Assembly (NCBI GenBank): GCA_047495785.1
Contig: JBLDXI010000034.1
Location: forward strand, 558,001 to 622,000
Length of the DNA stretch: 64,000 bases
Reading direction: 5' to 3'
Source: Lepidodermella squamata
Taxonomy: Eukaryota > Animalia > Gastrotricha
Position 1 is the stretch's first letter. Each line of letters opens with the position of its first letter. Both the position numbers and the translations under genes were made by a program. Below the pieces are notes generated by a model that had not been told where the DNA came from, did no database searches, and saw nothing but the letters and a program-made list of their open reading frames with translations. Below, piece after piece: positions 58,640-64,000 of this stretch.

Positions 58640-58798
58640 AATAATTTATTTCTGAACAACTATAGCTTCACCACGCATAACTTACTTGATTACAAAATGT
58701 TTTAAAACTAGTTTTCCCCGATTGATTTCAATTAGAATAAAAGCGAGAATGTAGAGCGACAGGACGAAAGCAAATTTATTCAAGAAAATTCATTCAGC

Positions 58799-61391
58799 AT
58801 GTTGTCACTATCAGTTTGCATACTTTTCAACGCAATTTTCTCTATAATTCACATATCCGGCGATAATGTAACGAGTCCATTTCCAAATCGGATACCATTA
58901 CGGGCACCAATGCCAAAAGAAGTCTGGCCATCCGTACCTTCTAGAAACAAAACTCGAATTACATTTCTAACAACTATTCGCTACGGAGGTTTTGTAGCTC
59001 CTATCGGACCACAAGCTACGGAATCTAGCCGCATCGCTATCAACCTGATACAAAAATTAGACTTCATCCCAGGCTATGAATTAGGAATCGAATTCATCGA
59101 CAATCAATGCGCGAGAGATGTAGGTGTGAAAACATTCATGAACGCCGTTTTCCAAAATGATCTGGCTACAACCCGCCTACCATTGATTTTCGGACCAGAA
59201 TGTGCTGACCAATTATATGGTAAGAATCCTAACCTAGGGCAAAACTGAACTCTAATTTCCTATTTAAACAGTTGGGCAGTTGATCAAACCAATAGGATTT
59301 GCTGGGTTCGCCCAAACTTTTTCCGATTCGATAATGTTTATGGACAGGAATTCTTATTCAGCCTATAATGCGATCGAGCAAAGCCAGTTGATTGCAACTG
59401 AAGCTTTGCCATACTTCGCAAAGGCCCACAGCTGGAACAAACTTTTCATCATATCAGAAACTGGAACATTTGCAGAGCGTAATGAGTATATCCTCCTGAA
59501 ATACATGGACCGGCTGAATATAAGCCTCGGTGGGGTCGCGAAGATACCCAGACCAACTGGCAGCCTTCCGACGTATGAATCGATAGAAACAGCAGTTTTG
59601 GAATTGAAGGGCTTCTCGCCTCGAATCGTGATCATCAGCTCGGCCTACGGTTCCATGGTCGCGTGTTACCTTCACCGATTCGGAATGATTGGCCCTCAAT
59701 ACGTTTATTTTGTTTTCTCAATGTCAAGATTTACCCCAGTTGCCCAACTTCGAATTCGCCCTTGGTGCACGAATGAAATGTTGGCAGATGTCTTGAAAAG
59801 TGTCATAGCAATCCTGCCTGAATTCTTCTTCCCTTCCACCGAGGCGGACTCCTTTGGAATGACGCCTGCTGTAATCAATGAAACTATGTTCCAACTGGTA
59901 GATCCTCCGGATAATCCTGATAACTACAGATGCTGCCGGGCTTTGTACTACCAAATCACTATGATTGCAGCAATAGCCCTCAAGGGGGTGGATAACGAGT
60001 TGAGGGGCAGTTTCAACTCAACCCTATCTGATTGGACAGTTTCCGGGCAGAACTTCAAAAATGACCCTCTATTTATTCAAAATCTGATGCTGAAACATCT
60101 CAACCAAGTTGAATACAGAGGTTCAACTATAGTTTTGAACAAATCGATGACAGCAACTCGAGGGAAGGTTTGGTTCACAAGGAATGAGGATATTCCTTCC
60201 AAAACGGAACAGGAACAAGTCAGTGGAGTGATAGTTGCAAGTTTCGACAGCAGAACTAACTCTTTAGACTTTCTGCGTTTTATTTCTTGGGCGACCCCTG
60301 GAAATGTCCCTCCGCCCGACTCACTAAGGATTATCAACATCAAAGCAGATCTCGTTGATGCCTTCGACCGTAGTGTTGTTTTCGTGCTGGCCGGGCTTGG
60401 GCTTGCTCTTCACATAATTCGTTCCTATTTCCATCTTAAAAAGCGACTTCGAAAAATTACTAGGCCGATAGTTGTCTTTAATTTCATGGCTTTATGCGGG
60501 AATAGTTTGATATTAATCGGAGTCCTTGCTATGCCTTACTCTGGAGATGACAACTGTGAAATTAATTGTACGATCCGAGTTTTCACGTTCGCCTTGGGTT
60601 TTGCTCTTTGTTTGTCATCCCTTTATTGTAAGCTGGAGATTGCCAAGGGTCTGTCAGTAGCTGATGACTTCGCATGGGAATCTCTTTCTGAACAAAGCAA
60701 TCATGGAACATCAAGATTAAGGAACAATTTCCTATCGAACATGTTTGAGCCCTTCAAAAGGTATCAGGGACGAGCTACTGAGAAGCAGATTATTCAGGAA
60801 TGGCGTCGTAAAGTCACTCCAATTTTCTTTCGGAGATGTGTCACTGCTTTGATATGCTTCGTTCAGGCCACCGGGATTATCTTACTGATTTGGTTCAGTT
60901 ACTGCCCGATTCGAAGCGAGTTATACTTTTTATCGGATTTGGTCGAGTCGAAATTGCAAACAAGTACTTCATACTCGCATTTCACCTACGTTTGCTCGTT
61001 CGAAGAAAGCCGAAGCCATCCGAAGCTTTCCGTAACCTGCCTGTCGATTTTATCGGTGATTTTCGGCCTGGTGATGATAAGATCCATTTTTTTGAGTAGT
61101 CTTCTCAAAACAACTCGAAATTCAATGTTCAAAGATTTGGCCCAGACCAGAATGGCTGCTTCTGGGATGTTGCTGATCACTGCTGCTGGCAGTTGTGTTT
61201 ACTTGATTTTCGCAAATTCGAACTCTAATCCTGGCGTGTCGGAACTTGTGATATCTGTAGTTGGATTGCTACTGGCACTGACAACCTCTGCCACATTGTT
61301 TTTCCCGAAAAGTGGGAATTTGAGGCATTTGAGACAATATTTCGGAAGCAAAATTCATACCAACTCTTCATTAAACTCTAGAACCCGGTAG
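58799..61391 (+). CDS. Class C GPCR, GABA-B-receptor-like orphan (GPCR5; 2 exons), paralogue of GPCR4
   Basis: Collinear with GPCR4. Same intron position (59220-59271). Confidence 0.88.
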
Positions 61392-61468
61392 ATTGAACAC
61401 TTGAACCTTTAATTCAGTAAATTTCAGCACTTCAGAATTTTGTCTAAAAATTAGGTCAATATTAGGTC

Positions 61469-61919
61469 TCATAACAAATGTTGGGCTGCAATCACGATTA
61501 TCGCCGCAATTGAGGCTAACAAAGGTCGCGAGCCGATTCGAATTCCAGAATTGCAGTAATCAACATCGCTGCAGAAGCAAGAAGTTACTGTCCACTTGTC
61601 ATCGCCTTTTGCGTAGTGGTCAACCGTACAGCCTTCCGTTGGGAAGTCGGGGTTGGCGCAGAATTTGAAAATCTTAGTAGTCTCTTTTTCCTCCCTAACT
61701 TGTTTCGCACAGGCATTGCAGAACATTTTTGACGGGTTTAATTCCAAGAAATTCCAAGAAAACGGGCCGTCAAAGCCTTCGTTAACAACTCAACGAATTT
61801 GCGGCTTTAATACAAAAAATAAACTTGTTATGCTAGTTTCTTTGACAAATATCCTACTTACCTAAACTAAAATAAAAAAATAAAAAGAAAACAAATATGC
61901 CGAAAATTAAGCGATTCAT
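61469..61919 (-). pseudogene. Ly6/three-finger-like GPI protein with a 1-nt frameshift (pseudogene or sequence error)
   Basis: Signal exon MNRLIFGIFVFFLFFYFSL, intron 61861-61805, then ANSLSC followed by TAA. Removing one A at about 61782 restores CYEGF... in frame with CNACAK...FC...GC...CFCSDVDYCN and a hydrophobic tail. Confidence 0.72.
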
Positions 61920-62275
61920 TTTTAAGAGAACTTAGTTTCTTGTTTCTTCTTGAAAAAACTTGCATGGCCAAGTCTCAACTCTCAACTAGCAGGGTAGTGT
62001 CATTAGCTACTTTTCGAGTTGATACTCGAGTTGAATCCTGAGAGTTCCATGTCCTGAACCTTGAGGAAGCCTAAATACTATAACTGAGAAATTGTTTCCC
62101 AACGTTCGGCAGAAGGTCTTAAATTCCCCAACAAACTATTTTGGATATTTAGGGTTTTATAATTGAGAATTGAGAATCATTAGCATTCGAAGCACGAACA
62201 ACAAGATCTGTCTGGAATGAAATCAACGCAGCTTGCAACTAGGAACATTTAGACAGGAGCTTTCGCAGTCTAGAT

Positions 62276-63531
62276 ATGATTATTCATACTCTTAGCCTTG
62301 TACTCTATGCCGCTATTTCCACCTCCATTACGGCTGGTAAGTCGTGAATTCTTCATTATTTTTTCAAATAACATCGGTAAGACATAATAGAGAGTCAATA
62401 CATCCAATCATGTCGGCAGAAGGATGTAAAATTTTATACGGCGATTCGGGAGCAAATGGGAGAGAAAGCGGCTAATAGCGAAACTGATTCAAACGGAAGG
62501 AATTGCTTGATGATTGCCGCCGAAAGTGGAAATTGCAAAATTGTAGAAACAATCATGAAATACGCCGAAAACGGAGCGAATTCCATAAGCACTGAAGGCC
62601 TAACTGGCCTGATGTATGCTATTACAAACAAACACATCGAGTGCATCAAGTCGATCTTGAACGGCAATGCAGACGTGAATATCAAGGGGAAGAACAAACA
62701 AACTGCTCTCCACCTAGCCGCGAAGTCTGATATGGCAGAAGTTGTGAAGTTGCTGGTCGAAAAACGCGCGAAACCGAAAGCGAACCGGGGGACGCTGAGG
62801 AAATCGACGATAGGGGAATGACCCCATTGTTGATAGCTGCAGAGGCTGGTTCCAGAAAATCAGCGATTCTGTTGATTCAGAAGAAAGCTAACGTCAATGC
62901 GGCTAGTTCAAAACTGAAAGGCCAAACACCGCTTCATTTCGCGGCTGCAAAGGGAGATCGAGAGATGATGAGCGTCTTGCTTAATAACGGCGCCAATATC
63001 GAATCTGGGACGAATGAGACTCCGTTAATCCGAGCCATTGAAGAGAAGCAAACTGAAGCGGCGATTTTCCTATTGAATCGAGGTGCCAATGTCAACGCAA
63101 AGCAAATCTCGCCACTTCGATCAGCGATTCACGTTGCAGTAGCAACCGATAATACTCAACTCGTTGAAAAGTTAATCCGGCTGAAAGCTGATTTGAATGC
63201 TAAAGATGCATCGCACTGGCCGCCTGTGATTCTAGCGGCAAAGTCATCAATGTGTGGACCTCTTGAGGCGATAGCTCGTATGACGTATACTACAATGAAC
63301 TTTGAGACATACTTTCGGTTTGGGGAGACCGCTTTGATCATCTCAGCGGAGAAGGGTCTCTTGAAATGCGTCAAAGCTTTGAAAAAGGAGGATCATAAAT
63401 TGGCAAGGATTTCTGATAGCGAGACGCCGCTTCATTTAGCTGCGAAAAACGGCCACGTGGACGTTGTTCGAACTTTGCTGGCTGACGGCTCGAATCCTGC
63501 TCAGTTGAATAGGAACTTTAGCATGATGTAG
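62276..63531 (+). CDS. Ankyrin-repeat protein with apparent signal-peptide exon; frameshift near 62790
   Basis: Exon 1 MIIHTLSLVLYAAISTSITA|GTAAGT (62337) splices in phase at 62381 or 62390 into the ankyrin ORF. About ten repeats (QTALHLAA, MTPLLIAA, GQTPLHFAA, ETPLHLAA). The two ORFs overlap out of frame around the G5 run at 62787-62791. The 3' end is uncertain. Confidence 0.7.
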
Positions 63532-63882
63532 TTTTATTATTATAGGCCCTCCGCCTTTCGACGCTATAGGCACATGAGTTAGAAAGATTACAGAAATAAC
63601 TTGCCCCCATGCTAATCAGGGCTCTAGTCGAACACGCATGTATCTCGATCATAGGAGTTTTTTATAGTTGTTATTGTTTATATATATATATATATTTTTT
63701 TTTTCTTGCCGGTTTTTTATATTGGTTTGAATAGAAAAGTAGAAAATTGTTGATTCGTTGGTCGACCTTCGCGGCTTTGACGGGCAAGTTGAAAGGCTCA
63801 TTTCAGGGCTATAGTGGCTAGGGCTCAGGGCGGATTTTCTGAAAAGATCGAAGGCAGGGGTTAACTCATTGGTGTTCTCCTC

Positions 63883-64000
63883 AATAACGGCGCTAATATC
63901 GAATCTGGGACGAATGAGACTCCGTTAATCCGAGCCATTGAAGAGAAGCAAACTGAAGCGGCGATTTTCCTATTGAATCGAGGTGCCAATGTCAACGCAA
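63883..64000 (+). repeat. Near-identical duplicate of the ankyrin coding segment 62983-63100 (runs off the window)
   Basis: AATAACGGCGC(C/T)AATATCGAATCTGGGACGAATGAGACTCCG...GTCAACGCAA is repeated at a +900 offset. Confidence 0.92.

Larger units (their letters stand above)
48530..61420. repeat. Tandem segmental duplication of an [NHR(-) / class C GPCR(+)] head-to-head unit (about 48530-54600 and 54900-61420)
   Basis: Both genes and blocks of the intergenic region are homologous (e.g. 50120-50180 vs 56580-56640; 51786-51950 vs 58642-58800). Confidence 0.92.

Overview
Eukaryotic (metazoan, invertebrate-like) genomic DNA with very compact genes: GT-AG introns are mostly about 45-60 nt, and CpG is visibly frequent. 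The organism cannot be named from the sequence. The window is a rapidly evolving, tandemly duplicated signalling region interleaved with DNA-transposon debris. It contains: (i) five divergent nuclear hormone receptors (NHRs) of one family with non-canonical CxAC P-boxes; (ii) five GABA-B-type class C GPCRs (Venus-flytrap + 7TM, no Cys-rich domain); (iii) five small secreted two-Cys (pre)propeptide genes that I cannot assign to a known family, one of them missing from the ORF track; (iv) a pseudokinase-ankyrin gene and relics of it, an SGNH-hydrolase-like gene, a Sushi-like/CAP gene with an 11-nt microexon, a Cys-repeat secreted protein, two Ly6/three-finger GPI proteins, two paralogous short ORFs with PP1-docking-like motifs, a His-rich mucin-like membrane protein and an ankyrin protein with an apparent signal peptide; (v) relics of Helitron, MULE and LINE elements, and hAT-, piggyBac-, Tc1/pogo- and Merlin-like non-autonomous elements, including one that carries two outward-facing tRNA-like units. 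The best candidate for an undescribed system is the repeated co-duplication of the NHR family with secreted peptide genes (tail-to-tail) and with orphan class C GPCRs (head-to-head). This suggests a ligand/receptor/regulator cluster, but the functional link is inference only. All exon models are my manual reading of splice sites.
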